Source: Tubulanus polymorphus (lineage: Eukaryota > Animalia > Nemertea). From it: 64,000 nt of DNA. Of the stretch, positions 11,664-23,551 are shown piece by piece (positions within the stretch are counted from its first letter, which is position 1; each line of letters starts with the position of its first letter). The DNA lies in the NCBI RefSeq assembly GCF_964204645.1, contig NC_134025.1, positions 14,198,001-14,262,000 on the forward strand, given 5' to 3'. Under the pieces are notes generated by a model. It made no database searches. It was not told the DNA's origin and saw only the letters and a list, made by a program, of their open reading frames with translations. The position numbers were made by a program, and so were the translations under genes.

Positions 11664-14279
11664 TTAACACGTTAGAATTCTTTTCATTATCTCGTTCTCT
11701 TTTGTTTCTTCTCTTTTAAATTTTAAGTATTCATCTAAATTACAACCATAAGCAACTGTATGAATTCCATCATCTAAAATATATCTTTTATCATCAAATG
11801 GGTTTAGACTTATCTTTTCAATTTCTTCAATAAAAATTTCATGATCTTCAGATCTTAAACATCTCATCTTATGTTTTCTAACTTCTTCACTGAATATACA
11901 ATTGATGTAATCTTTGAAATGAATATTCTTTTCTACTACACTTTTAGTTATTCCTTTTAACTTTTTAGCTTCATGTTCTTTAGTTTTATATGAATACATT
12001 TTAGATCTAATACCGATGAATTCAATCATTTCTTCACCACCTAATTCATCTTTGAATTCACCGGGAACTTTTTTTTTATCATTGCTAAACAATTCATGAT
12101 CTTTAGGATAATTACTGAAATCAAAATGATGTTTTAATATTTTTAAATCATCAGTTATGTTATTAGTTTTTATCTTTAATATGTAACTGTCAGTATCAAA
12201 ATATAATATTTCTATATGTGTTTCTCCAAAAAGTGGTTGTAATACATAATAATAAAATTCATACATTAGTAATTTTGATAATTCTAAAACTGATGCTCCA
12301 ACATAGATTGGTTTGTTAAATTTCATGTTGTTCTTCTCATTTTAACTGCGGCTAAATTTTCATCAAATATTCTGTTACCAATGAACTTAGGATATGTTTG
12401 TAAATGCCTTATCCTTTTACCATTACTAACTAACTCAATATCATTTCTATTTCTAATATTTTCACAAGTCTTACCATAGAATGCATTATTCATTAACTTG
12501 AAGAAATCTTTTTCGAAATCAGTTTTAGCTTCAGTTCTCTGTTTGGTGTTAAAATCTATATATTTTTCTAACCACTTAGATTGACTAAATGAAATATATC
12601 TATGTACTTTTTTTAGAACCATTCCTTGATTCAAATAAAACTTTAACATTCTATAATGTACTACATAATTAGATTTATCTTCTTGAGTTACCATTAACTT
12701 TTCTGTATGAATAAGATTTTCGGGTTTAATTCTTTTTTGGTAATTTGATAATTCTTCATGAGTTACAGTTTTATGTTCTGGACAGTATGCTAGATTTCTA
12801 GATTTAAATTTAATATGTTCAGGATATTCTAAATCTACAACAAAGAAGTAACCAGTATCTGAATCATCTGCAATATCTAGAATTCTTTTCTTCCAATCAA
12901 ATTTATCATTATTTTCATTCTGTAAAACTTCAGTTAATTCAAATACTCCATAAGGTTGTGGTTCCATCATTGCCCAACCATACAAATTATTTGCATCTAT
13001 ATATAATAACTTATATCCAGGGTTATCATTTACATTGAAATATCTATCACCTAATACACCTGAAACTCCTCCTCTTATAGATTTTTCAAATAATAGTAAT
13101 TGATCTATATTTGTTAACAAATCCATTTTTATATCTGTAAATTTTAATCCACAATCCCATGTTAAACCTGGTGATGAATAACAATGACAAGGATCAATGT
13201 TAAAATATTTTAGTTTAACATCTCTAAACCTTTCGAATATATCGGTTAATAATAATACATCTGATTTTAAATATAAATCTACTAATTGCCCATGATTTTC
13301 TATTTTGAAATGATTCCAAATATTCAATGTTCTATTATATACTTCATCTTTAACATATTCATTTTTTAATTCATCATAGAATTGTTCTTTTAATAATTCA
13401 GTTATGTTAAAATCATTATGTTTTTTATAGAAAGAATATGGAATTGCGCCTTATTATCTCATTAATTGGAAATCATCATTATTTGGGTAGTGTTGCTTTA
13501 ATATTTTCAATTCATCATCAACTAATGATTTTGATAAGTTATCTAATGAACTATTTAAAAATCTATATGAATCTATAAATCTTAGGCAACCAAATTGGAA
13601 TGATATATAATTCTCAGATGTTTTAGCTAACATTCTTAATTTATAAGTTGGTATTTTATCTTTTGATCTATTTGAATTTAATCTTTCTATTTCATTATTA
13701 ATTTCTTCTATTTTATGGCATAACTGTTTGATGAATAAATGTGCATCATATCCTGATAGATTATGAAATATAACTGGTACAAAGTTAATTTTCTTAGCTT
13801 GTAAGTTACAATTCTCATGCGCGGCGCCTCTAAGCTTTCCGTTCAAATGATCATGGTCTCTTACTTTTTTATCTTTATAATTAAATATCTTTTCACAATA
13901 ATAACATTTATCTGCAAACGCAAATTCTTCTTTATCTTCTTCTGTCATTATAATTTCTATATTTGTATTCAATAATTTACTAAATCTTATTTCATATTCA
14001 ATTAATAAGTCACAAAAATGATTGATAACATTTTCATTTCTATAATGATAATATTCACTTTCAATTAGCTCTGGATAATCAGATTTAATATATAACCCGA
14101 AAGCAGCAGCTGATTGATGAATCTTTTTAATAGTATTTGTTTTTGGTGGTTCATCTGAATAATCATTTTCATTAGAATTTAGTTTCTTTCTTTTATAATA
14201 TATTTCTTTTCTATCTTGATCAGTTAATTCTTTATTTAATGATTCAAAATCTCCATATATAACAAATGGTACTTTATTT
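11664..14279 (-). pseudogene. Type-B DNA polymerase, fragmented and 5'-truncated
   Basis: YIDANNLYG, KLMNNAFYGK and YFDTDS motifs spread over three ORFs; N-terminal third missing. Confidence 0.93.
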
Positions 14280-14410
14280 ATTAGTGTTCCCAGTGAGTTT
14301 GTTATGTTCATTTCATGTACTGATCATAAGTACTGATTCCATATTTATAGGTATTATCTTTTAGCTATGATTTCATTTCCATCGTTTTTCATTGAAGTTG
14401 CAAATTATAG

Positions 14411-15368
14411 GTTGCAAAGAAATCGACTAAACCTTTGAAGGCTCCTGAATGTTTAGCTATTCAAATTAACAGGTAAATACTTAATCTGTCAATTTGCTTA
14501 AACTGCTTTTGTGTAACTGAAAACACATTTTTTGAGGCACCCTGTAACACATTTTTTTAGGCACCCTGTAGAATGGTATTTTACGCATGGCATATGAACA
14601 ATATCTCTAGAATTGATTGTTGGAGTTAAAACTAATAGACTTGTCCTTTTAAGATTCAGTAAGACATTGGAAAAAAGAAATGATTTTGTGAGATTTGATG
14701 AAGTTCTAAGCTTCCACAACGAGGTATGCTCATTTACTGAAGATATTCTAGTTCTTTAGGAATACTGCACATAAATAACACTGTCACATATTTTTCTGAA
14801 TTTTAAACTTTGCAGTGTTGTGGTTCATCAAGGCTCTTCTTTGGAAGGAGGACATTATATATCTTTTGTTTGCGATATTGATGGTAAATGGTTTGAAACA
14901 AATGACAGTAAGGTACTGTAAATCCATTGATCATTTGCAACAAGGAATATTTTATCATTTATTGATTATTCATCAGACACCTGGCAGCTATGTCTTGAAC
15001 ATGAGTCGGATAACTAAGGCGAATCACCATTCTGACGCAGCACCTAATTCTTTAATCTGTTTCATGCCCATTCTGTCACATTATATAACAAAAACCAATG
15101 CAAAATATGCAATTACAGGCAAAAGTGACTCAAAAGTTTTATTATCATAAAATAATCGCTACGGACAAACCCTTTGGAACCACAGGAGCTCTATATGAAA
15201 AACAAGCATACATCCTGTATATTTTTGTCATAATATCAAATGAGGACAGAGAAGTTAGTTCCGTTCATTTGAACAATATAATGTAACTTAATCTTTATTT
15301 TAGGTATTGAGAGAGCCAATAAGGATTGGGTCCTATCCCAGAATGCTTACATGCTATTTTATATAAAA
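14411..15368 (+). pseudogene. Spliced 3' part of a ubiquitin-specific protease (USP/C19) catalytic domain
   Basis: GT-AG exons ~14411-14472 (APECLAIQINR), 14654-14723 (FSKTLEKRNDFVRFDEVL), ~14760-14910 (FKLCSVVVHQGSSLEGGHYISFV...WFETNDS, His box; in-frame TAA at 14772 if this acceptor is used) and 15304-15368 (VLSQNAYMLFY). Confidence 0.8.
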
Positions 15369-15427
15369 GTACCAGTATGTGTTCTTTCTTATTTTGTCAT
15401 ATAATATTCAACTTTATGTAGAGTAAA

Positions 15428-15750
15428 CCCTTAACTTGCTGCAGGCGACTGAGTCGACACACTGGGGATCTGCCGTAGGCAACTGTATTCAACAGCCCGG
15501 CCTATCTCGCATTAAAAGTTCGTTTTTATGTCACAAGCGCCTCGCAGCGCGTTGAGCCATAGTTCTTAACACATGGCAACTCCCTATACTCGTGAATCCG
15601 AACCCGGAAGTGATTTCACTTTTCGCGCTGGGTCCCCAAAAATGACCCCACCCAGTGTACCCCCTCTTTCAAAAATCTAATTAATTTCATCAACATGCAA
15701 ATGATCTTGCACACACAGGACTTAACAATAAAGCTGCCAGCAGTTAAGGG
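15428..15750. mobile_element. piggyBac-like MITE
   Basis: Ends CCCTTAAC(T)TGCTG...CAGCAGTTAAGGG; flanked by TAAA (left) and TTAA (right). Confidence 0.65.
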
Positions 15751-15910
15751 TTAAACTCGCCAGTAATGCACGATACAACGGTAATTAGGATTTAGGATGC
15801 AATATATATTTTTAATGAGTCTAAATATTATTTTTCAGACAAGGACTACGGCAGATAATTCACATCAACCTACGGAAGCCCCTAGGTGACATACGAGAAA
15901 ATTTTTTCAC

Positions 15911-16055
15911 AATTTCGACTTATTAAGTCGAATTCCGACTTAAGAAGTCGAATTTCGACATAATAAGTCGAATTTCGTGTTAATTAAGTCGAATTTCGAC
16001 TTAATAAGTCGAAATTCGACATGAAAATAAAACTCGAAATTCGAGTTTTATTTTA
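15911..16055. repeat. Tandem ~20-bp palindromic repeats (TTCGACTTAWTAAGTCGAA)
   Basis: About 5-6 degenerate units followed by the palindrome aaaataaaactcgaaattcgagttttatttt. Confidence 0.8.
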
Positions 16056-16744
16056 TAATTCTTCTCGTTTTCACTGTCAGGAGAGGAGAAAGCCAATGCC
16101 TAACGAGAGAAATCCCAGAATGAAAGCCCAAAAATGAAAAGTTCTATAGCAAAGTGGTATATATTTTGAGCAACATATATGCTAAATACTATTAGCCATC
16201 ATCAGATTATACCGATGTATATAGAATTTTACTCAAGAACTTAACATTTTTGGCTGAATCTATTGTGGGATTTCTCTCATTATTCTTCTTACATGGATAT
16301 TGTTTATCTTTCAAGACTAAGTCTCTTTTGTTTTGCTTATTTTATGTGTGAGACCATAGTAAGTGAGGGCAAGTCAAAGAGGCTGGTTGCAGTAGTGATG
16401 TGCTGGAGGCATTTGGAATGCCACTACACCTCCGAGGACCATAGAAGTAGGAGCCGGTGTTTGGATGACTGATCTCGTATCTTGTCAAGGACCCTGACTT
16501 GATTGAGTACCTGGCAGACACTCGTCCTGATTGGTCAAGTGACTTCATTTAGATAATTTAGTCACCTGGGAAAGATTTCGCACTCATCTCGGACACTAGT
16601 TTACCCCTTTTAGACCTTTTATTCCTGGAGTTGGCCATTATTCATTCATCAACCTTCAGAGGATGAAATTTTAAAAATGGGAAAATTTATCTAGCAAGAT
16701 ATACCATAGACTTCAGTATTTCAAAAGTTTAATCTTAAATGATT

Positions 16745-16930
16745 AGCTTGTATAAAAGGTATACTGGAAGAATGTGGAATGGTCGATGTTGGGGCACACC
16801 AAAATATCCGAATATTCAATATGTTTAAGAATCTATTAAACTACGACTAACCGACCAATTTATTCAACATTGGAATTCAGACTGCTTAACTTTTTCAAAA
16901 GCCGTAACATATCTTGAAATCAAACCAACT
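16745..16930 (+). mobile_element. Old RTE-X-like LINE 3' fragment
   Basis: Translates as IKGILEECGM...IKLRLTDQFIQHWNSDC, resembling the C-terminal ORF2 region of the LINEs at 23.7-27 kb. Confidence 0.5.
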
Positions 16931-17067
16931 TTTAACAACAAATAACTAGAACTTATCTTTTTAAATTTATTTTGACAAACCCAACTATCCATAATCATGA
17001 ACACGCTTTTTTATATAAATGACAAAAAACACCCGGTACGTTAATTTTCTAAAATATAAAACAAGAT

Positions 17068-17124
17068 TAGTTAAGTCCGCTGCACACGCGTTTTTTTCGG
17101 TGCCGTGTGCAGCGGACTTAACTA
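17068..17124. repeat. Perfect 21-bp inverted repeat (possible collapsed TA-flanked MITE)
   Basis: tagttaagtccgctgcacacg ... cgtgtgcagcggacttaacta. Confidence 0.7.
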
Positions 17125-19731
17125 TATGTATAAAGTTTTAAGATGCAATGTGGTAAACCACTAAAACTTCAAACGCGAAATAAGCCTGCATTTATTCATT
17201 CTCACAAAAATGGTGTCAGTCATCACTGTCTTGAATATGAACTATTCAATTTTCAGCCTATTTACCATGTTGACCGATAAATATCAAGACTTTTGATCCT
17301 ACGGTTTGCAAAACTTCTCTCAGAACTGCAAACTGCTGAAAATGTTTGTCGTGAATCTCATTGACATGAAGGTTACTTTCCTCCAGCCATGAACCTACTT
17401 TGCGTGCCTCTGTACCGAACCAAATATCAGGGCAGTTCATTTATATCAAGAAAGAGCAAGCAAATTACATATCAAATTTCATAGATTATATTATAAACCA
17501 AACTGGGTTTTTTGAACAAACCGCCTGTGGCTGGTGATTCTAGCTGTGAAAACTACTTGACTATAGGTCATGCAGGCGCAATGAAAAATGAAAGTTTGGG
17601 AATTAAATCCTCGAATTATGGTGGGAAAAGTCTACATCTTCCCCTAAAAATGACTGTCATGTGTCTTGATTTAGAATGTTCTTAATTTTTGCCATATCAT
17701 TCACCTTGTGGAGGGATATTTTTGACCCAAACAAATGACGTAGATAATTATTGGTCCAGCACCTTAAACTTTCCTTGAACATTTAAAAATTTAGAAAAAT
17801 TGTGCTTGCCATATAAAATTCACCATATTGATGCAGCCAATGTACTTTATGACGAGTATCGAAATGCTGTATCATTTTGATCTGATGTTTCTAATGAATG
17901 TTAGGACCAATTGAACGCCTAAACTTGCGGTTTTTAAATGATCTAATTTCGAATGCTGCAATATCTATTGATTCTTTATCAACGCGCAATGGATCCTATC
18001 TTAATCAATCCAATTGCGCTCCTTTAAGACAGGCTTACTAGCTGGGCCTGAATATTTAAATTTCCTCTATCTAGCTTATGTAACTGTTATTGAACAATCC
18101 TTCAAACATGGATAAAGCCTTATGTAAGATTTTAATCATTGCAATTAGTGTAGAAAGTCTTACTCTTCAAAGGTCTATATTATCACTCAACTTATTTCAT
18201 GAAATATTAATGTAAGAAATCATAGCCGAACAAGGTTCTTAATTTTTCAATGTGGGTTTTCCTAGTCAGTAACCTGATCCGGGCCTAATCATTACACCGA
18301 CACACACTTATAATACAGAATATATAGCCCACATTCGATAATGACAATGGTTTTCTATGATATGGGTGCTTCTTTCAGGACCCCATAGCGATCTGACTTC
18401 AAATTTGAATTTTGTTTTAGTTGTGATTTTGTTATGGATTTATCGATCATTCAACTCTAGCCAAAGTGATGTGATATGTATTAGTTGGCATAGGCAGGGT
18501 TGGTATGTTTGCCTCAGTTTAACACATACATGTATTTTGAATTCAATAGGGAGTACACTATAGCGTAGTTAGTCCCATGAATTACTATATATGATCATAA
18601 TCAATTTCAAAAAATAATAATTTTGCGTGTATCTTTATTCATAAAGGTACATATCTCCTTGTTCATTCTTGTCACAAACTGTAGATAGTGTACGTTTTAT
18701 TTGAGTGAGCATCGACTTGATAGTGTTTGTTGATGTTTTTGCAACAATTTGATTCTGAGCAGCTGAGCACTAGAGTAGGCCTATTGTCTCGGTCGTGCCA
18801 GAAAATTTGAAAAAAATACATGCGCTCAGATAATCTGCAGCAGATACGTTTTGTCGGTGATCCAACTGTTCCCCAGGTCGCCGATATCAGAATGGTCGAG
18901 ATAAAAGTTATCATACACAACAGGCATGAACTGAATTTGATTTTTAAACCAAAAAGGCAAAGTCATCTAATTACATATTCACTCGAAAACGCGTAACCAT
19001 AGAAGTTCAATCAAATTATTCTGTTAGTAGATAGAAAAATATGATTATCTCCTTTTCTTGATTGTCATATCGTCCGCATACAAAGCCGTCACTTCAAGAA
19101 ATGGAAATATTGCAACTCCGATAACGAGGAAGGCCTATAAGATTTTGAAATGAAATCGCCGTTTCCCAAAAGCAATCAAAGTCAAACTGAAAGCAGTTGA
19201 ATTTAGGAGCCATCTCATTTTACATGAAGAATACCCAATCTGGGAGGATATTGTAGGCCTACGAACCGCATTGTTAGAAATCACCTTATGATATCCAATC
19301 AATTTTTGAGAATTGCTTTAGGTGACGAACAAAATTTCCCTAATATTAAACATTTCATGAAAAAACTTTATACAAGACCAAGACAAATCATTAGGCTAGT
19401 TGGTGGCGTAGGGGAAATTGAAACTTCCAAAATTTCAGCTCATCAAAATACCATGACAAAAAAAAATCAAGTTGCGAGCGCGAATGTTTAACATTTACAC
19501 GGAATTTTGAATTATGAATGAAGCATTTGGGGATGTTAGGCCTAATTCTGTTCGTAAATCCTTGAACAGCGCATTTCTACAGCGTAACGATTTATTTTAC
19601 CAGAAAGTAAGCGGTTGGCTATAGCCGATTTCTTCTGTACCAGTATTTTAACTTCCGCGGCCAACATTGGAAGAGGTTTCCAAGACCCAATATTCAGCCA
19701 CCCGCTGATATGTGACATCATATGAATTTTA

Positions 19732-20291
19732 GGCCATCCCATATTAATGATCTGTTTGCCGTAACCCAACCGACCCGACTTCAAAGGTACCGAGTGAAAA
19801 CTTTTTTTCTGGGATTCATTGAAATAAATTTTATTTTTGATAAAAACTGCCGACCGACCGACCCACTGCCGACGTATGAGCTACGTATGTTTGAATTCAA
19901 GTGTGCATCGTGTGAAAACATGCCTTGACATGTGGCCTAATTTAAGTTTTCCAGGTATCTGGCAGTGTTCCAATAAGCTGCCATTCATTCTCATAGTGAC
20001 TATATTAAAGCTGGTAACGTAAAAGCGCGCACTATTCAATGTACTTTTTCATTTTTAACACAGAGATGACACTCTGGACGAAGTTATAATTTTAGAATAA
20101 TTCTCGAAATCTACGCTATAAGACAAATTCCTGTGCACAAGATGATTTTTGCGATATTGTTTCTGTGTAAAAAAGGTGATAAATTCGTTGTTTTATTTTT
20201 GCCCAAAAATTTTGCAAACAAAATTTCTACCTACCTACCGACTCATCCTGTTGAGTAGGTGATACGGCAAACACAATTTTTTGGGATGGCC
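19732..20291. mobile_element. MITE with TTA target duplication (PIF/Harbinger-like)
   Basis: tta|GGCCATCCCA...TGTTTGCCGTA and TACGGCAAACA...TGGGATGGCC|tta. Confidence 0.65.
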
Positions 20292-21127
20292 TTATTTGAA
20301 TATTTTTTTCATATTGTGAAACATATTTTTTTTAAAATATAATAGTTTCCCTGCCGCGCCTACCTGTACCCTACAAAATTTTGGACGTGGGCCGTAACCA
20401 AATGTATATCTCTGGTCTTATTTGACTACAAAATAATTCTTTAAGAAAGATAAAATACAATATAAACTTGTGGAACTTTGAAGTCACGAATTAAAAAGAT
20501 TTTTCAAGCAATGCCCTTATTCCAAACAAGTTCTAGCTTTCAAGGTAAACCACACTTTGCCCATAGGCAATTTATTTACCCAGTGAGAACACTTATATCT
20601 ATGAGACTGAAAGAGATTCACCTAATGCTCTGCATAGGCCTAAGTCACAATTTATCATCAAAACATGGAATTATAAAATATTCCTAATTTTTGATGGGTC
20701 CCGCAATTATATATATGATGTCTTGATATTTTGGGAAAAAGAAGATGTGCATAATCGAAAAGCAGGCGGTAGCCATATCAGAACTCAAAAGACAACTTGC
20801 TTATTTTTATATTAAGATTGCTTTTTCTTTTTTAAGCAAGGAATTAGTCTTTCTCTAAAGCTTATTTTTTTCAGAAAAAAAAGTTTAGTTGCGGCTTGCC
20901 TTATCTGGGCAGGCTAATATTCTGATATCATCTAAAATTCTAGCAAAGAAACGGATATGATATCAGATGATATCTATGGATTCTTATAGAAGAAATGGGA
21001 AGAAGGGGGAGAAGAAAAGAAAGAGGAAAGATTTTAGCGGGCTACCGTTATCATCGTTTCGCCAAAGCAATTTTAAATTTAGAGTAGTGCGCATATATTC
21101 TCAGATGGCACGATTCCTATTCGGCAC

Positions 21128-23455
21128 GCAAAAACCGTAATGTTTCCAATGTCTCCGTTTTTGACGCATGCGCATTAGGCTTAGTAAGTGTTGAAAAAGT
21201 CTAAGTCGAGAAAACAGTACAGTGCGCAGGCGTCATGACAGTGTTTACATGTTTCAAAACTGGGTCATGTCACACACAGTACGGTATTCGCTTGAAATGA
21301 ACCAGCGTGAACTTTAGCAGCGGGATCGTGATGTCTAAATAATCTCGTATCATATGCTTGCGTATTATAGACGGACGCCGGGCGCCGAAGGCGCCCGGAG
21401 GACGTCCCTTTGGTAAACGCGTATATGTGGATACTACGAAGTGTCTTCTTAACCGATTCTGACTAGCTGACAAAGTCAGAAAAAAATGACGTCACTTGAC
21501 GTCCGGTTTGAAGTTCATGGGGAAATCGGAAGTAGAATTACGTCACGCTAAAATCCGGCAGCGAAATAACTAAAATAAGGCAATTTATGGATCGGGTTAT
21601 TTCAGAATTTATTTATTTCATGAAATTTTGAACAAGATTGGGTCGATGAATAGTTTAACAATGAACCGCGTTGATCGAACGAGTTCGAAAATAGCTGAAA
21701 TTCCCTTAGCAACGGGGAGCGAATTCATAATAAACAAACCACGCGCCGGGGCCCGGTTCAGCCATCGCAGGTTCGAATCCCGAAGAATTACGCTCTCGCA
21801 CGCGCGTGCGACAGTCAACCCCAGCCGCAGCGCTGAAATATGTGATCATTTATCAAGTTTAATGACCCTAAAACTGCGATGAGTCGCGTTGTCGTACGAT
21901 TTGCTTAAAATTTCAAGGCGGCACGGTCTCGCTCCGCGGAGCAGCGACATCGCGGTCGGCAAAAACATTAGTCTCCGCCCCTTCTTTCACCAAAAAAGGA
22001 ATTCGGTACCGCTGGCCACGTGCGGTACTCGATTCCTGGTACTCGACATACCCCCGAGAATTAGAAACAAATAAATATTTTTTGCGAGAGAAATCAATTT
22101 TTGTATTGACATTTAAATTTTACTGCTGATAATTTATTCGATTTTTTCTTCTGGCAGAAAAAAATTATGCGATCGAAGCGTTTCAACGTGTCTTTCATTT
22201 TTTCTCGTCTTCCTTTACTTTTCAAATGGAGCTCATTTCTAAATTAACACCAGGTCAAATTCTTCAATCTTGCAAACCGTCTCCAGTTTCACCATAATGT
22301 CGGTTTATTACATTTCGGGTTTTACAAAGTGGTTTATACCATTGAAAAATTCCTGATACAAATCGAAATAGTAATCTTTTTAGCAGTGGTAAACCGACCT
22401 GTCCCGGGTAGCCAAACTCCAGTTTATATTTAGTTAAGAAATGGGTCAAGCTATTTTCATAGAAAATTGAATTTCATTTGATCTACAGATGAAATGAACA
22501 GGTTCGTCATAATTTTCCTAATCAAAATATAAGCCAAAATTTTTAATAACCAGAAATTAATCGAACCTTAAAGTTGAAGTTTCATCTTCTTTCCCCCACC
22601 ACTTAACTACATGGCATCAGTTTTCATTTTTCCAAGCTTAACAATAAGAATTGATTTAATTTCTTCAATAATTTAATGCTCGGGGCCCAAATCTACAGAA
22701 CAATTTCAACATCGAAATAAAATTGATAGACTTTAAGAGTTAGTAAGAGTTTCTTTCCATTTTCATTGACAACAATTAATTTTCTCGGTGTTCCTTTAGT
22801 CACTGACACTATTTTGAGTGTTTTTGTTACACTCCATGAACGAGGTTGTTTTCGAATCGTTATGATTTCTTAATCTTAGTCGTGAAAATTAAATCAAGCT
22901 GCGGTGACGAAGCGTCCGTCACTTAGATTTCATCTATTACATATTATGTTAATACAATTAAAAGAATTGTCCAAATAAATAAACAGTGACATTGGGGATC
23001 ACCATAGAAAGTGCACCAAAGTTCATAATGGTTACCATTTCGAGATCAGCATTTTCGGGATTCGAACGTGATAGCGTCGTATAAAATAAATCAGCGACAC
23101 TGGAGTCATCAAAGTTCAAATTGAAATGAAATAAGTTCAGTATTTTTCGGGGCTCGAATCTGGTAGCGCCGCAAAAATAAACGAGTGACACTCGGGTCAT
23201 CAATGTTCAAATCGAATTGAAATAAGATGAAATAAGATAATTATTTATTGTGGGATTCGAATCTAATAGAAACGGAAACATTGGAGTCATCAAAACACAC
23301 ATTTATTATGCGTCCTGACATGACCCAGTTTTGAAAGTTCTGACATGTAGTGACGCCTGCGCACTCAACCGATTTCTGGACTTAGAGAATTTCACCAACA
23401 CTCACTAATGCGCATGCGTTAAAAACGGAGACATCGGAAACATTACGGTTTTTGC
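21128..23455. mobile_element. Non-autonomous Mutator-like element, ~145-bp imperfect TIRs, 9-bp TSD
   Basis: TIR GCAAAAACCGTAATGTTTCC...; ATTCGGCAC at 21119-21127 and 23456-23464. Confidence 0.8.
21365..22946 (+). mobile_element. ~1.6-kb non-coding dispersed repeat, copy A (subterminal IRs plus GC hairpin; possibly Helentron-derived)
   Basis: Colinear with 37251-38846; starts ttataGACGGACGC followed by hairpin ccgggcgccGAAggcgcccgg; ends GCGTCCGTCacttagatttcatctattacatatta. Confidence 0.7.
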
Positions 23456-23551
23456 ATTCGGCACGCAACAGTCCCCTATTCTTAAATCACACCTCGACTC
23501 GAGCTAATGTTTTCTATCCACCACGCAATAGGTAGAAAGTTTCTAATGTCC

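Larger units (their letters stand above)
1..14279. mobile_element. Polinton/Maverick-like endogenous virus, copy 1 (decayed; left end outside window, right end truncated inside PolB)
   Basis: Same gene order and high similarity to the complete copy at 39008-57995; homology ends abruptly at ...ggtactttattt (~14279) within PolB; several genes carry frameshifts or stops. Confidence 0.95.

Noticed and set aside
15911-16055. CRISPR-like palindromic repeats
   Set aside because: Units are directly adjacent with no unique spacers, there are no cas genes, and the context is eukaryotic.
16340-16600. Possible DIRS-like retroelement remnant on the minus strand (RVLDKIRDQ...LLLLW)
   Set aside because: Too short and degenerate, with stops; cannot be supported without a profile search.
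17258-20687. Short 60-80 aa ORFs in the intergenic region (also 58.6-63.5 kb)
   Set aside because: No recognisable motifs; many overlap MITEs or repeats and are consistent with chance ORFs.
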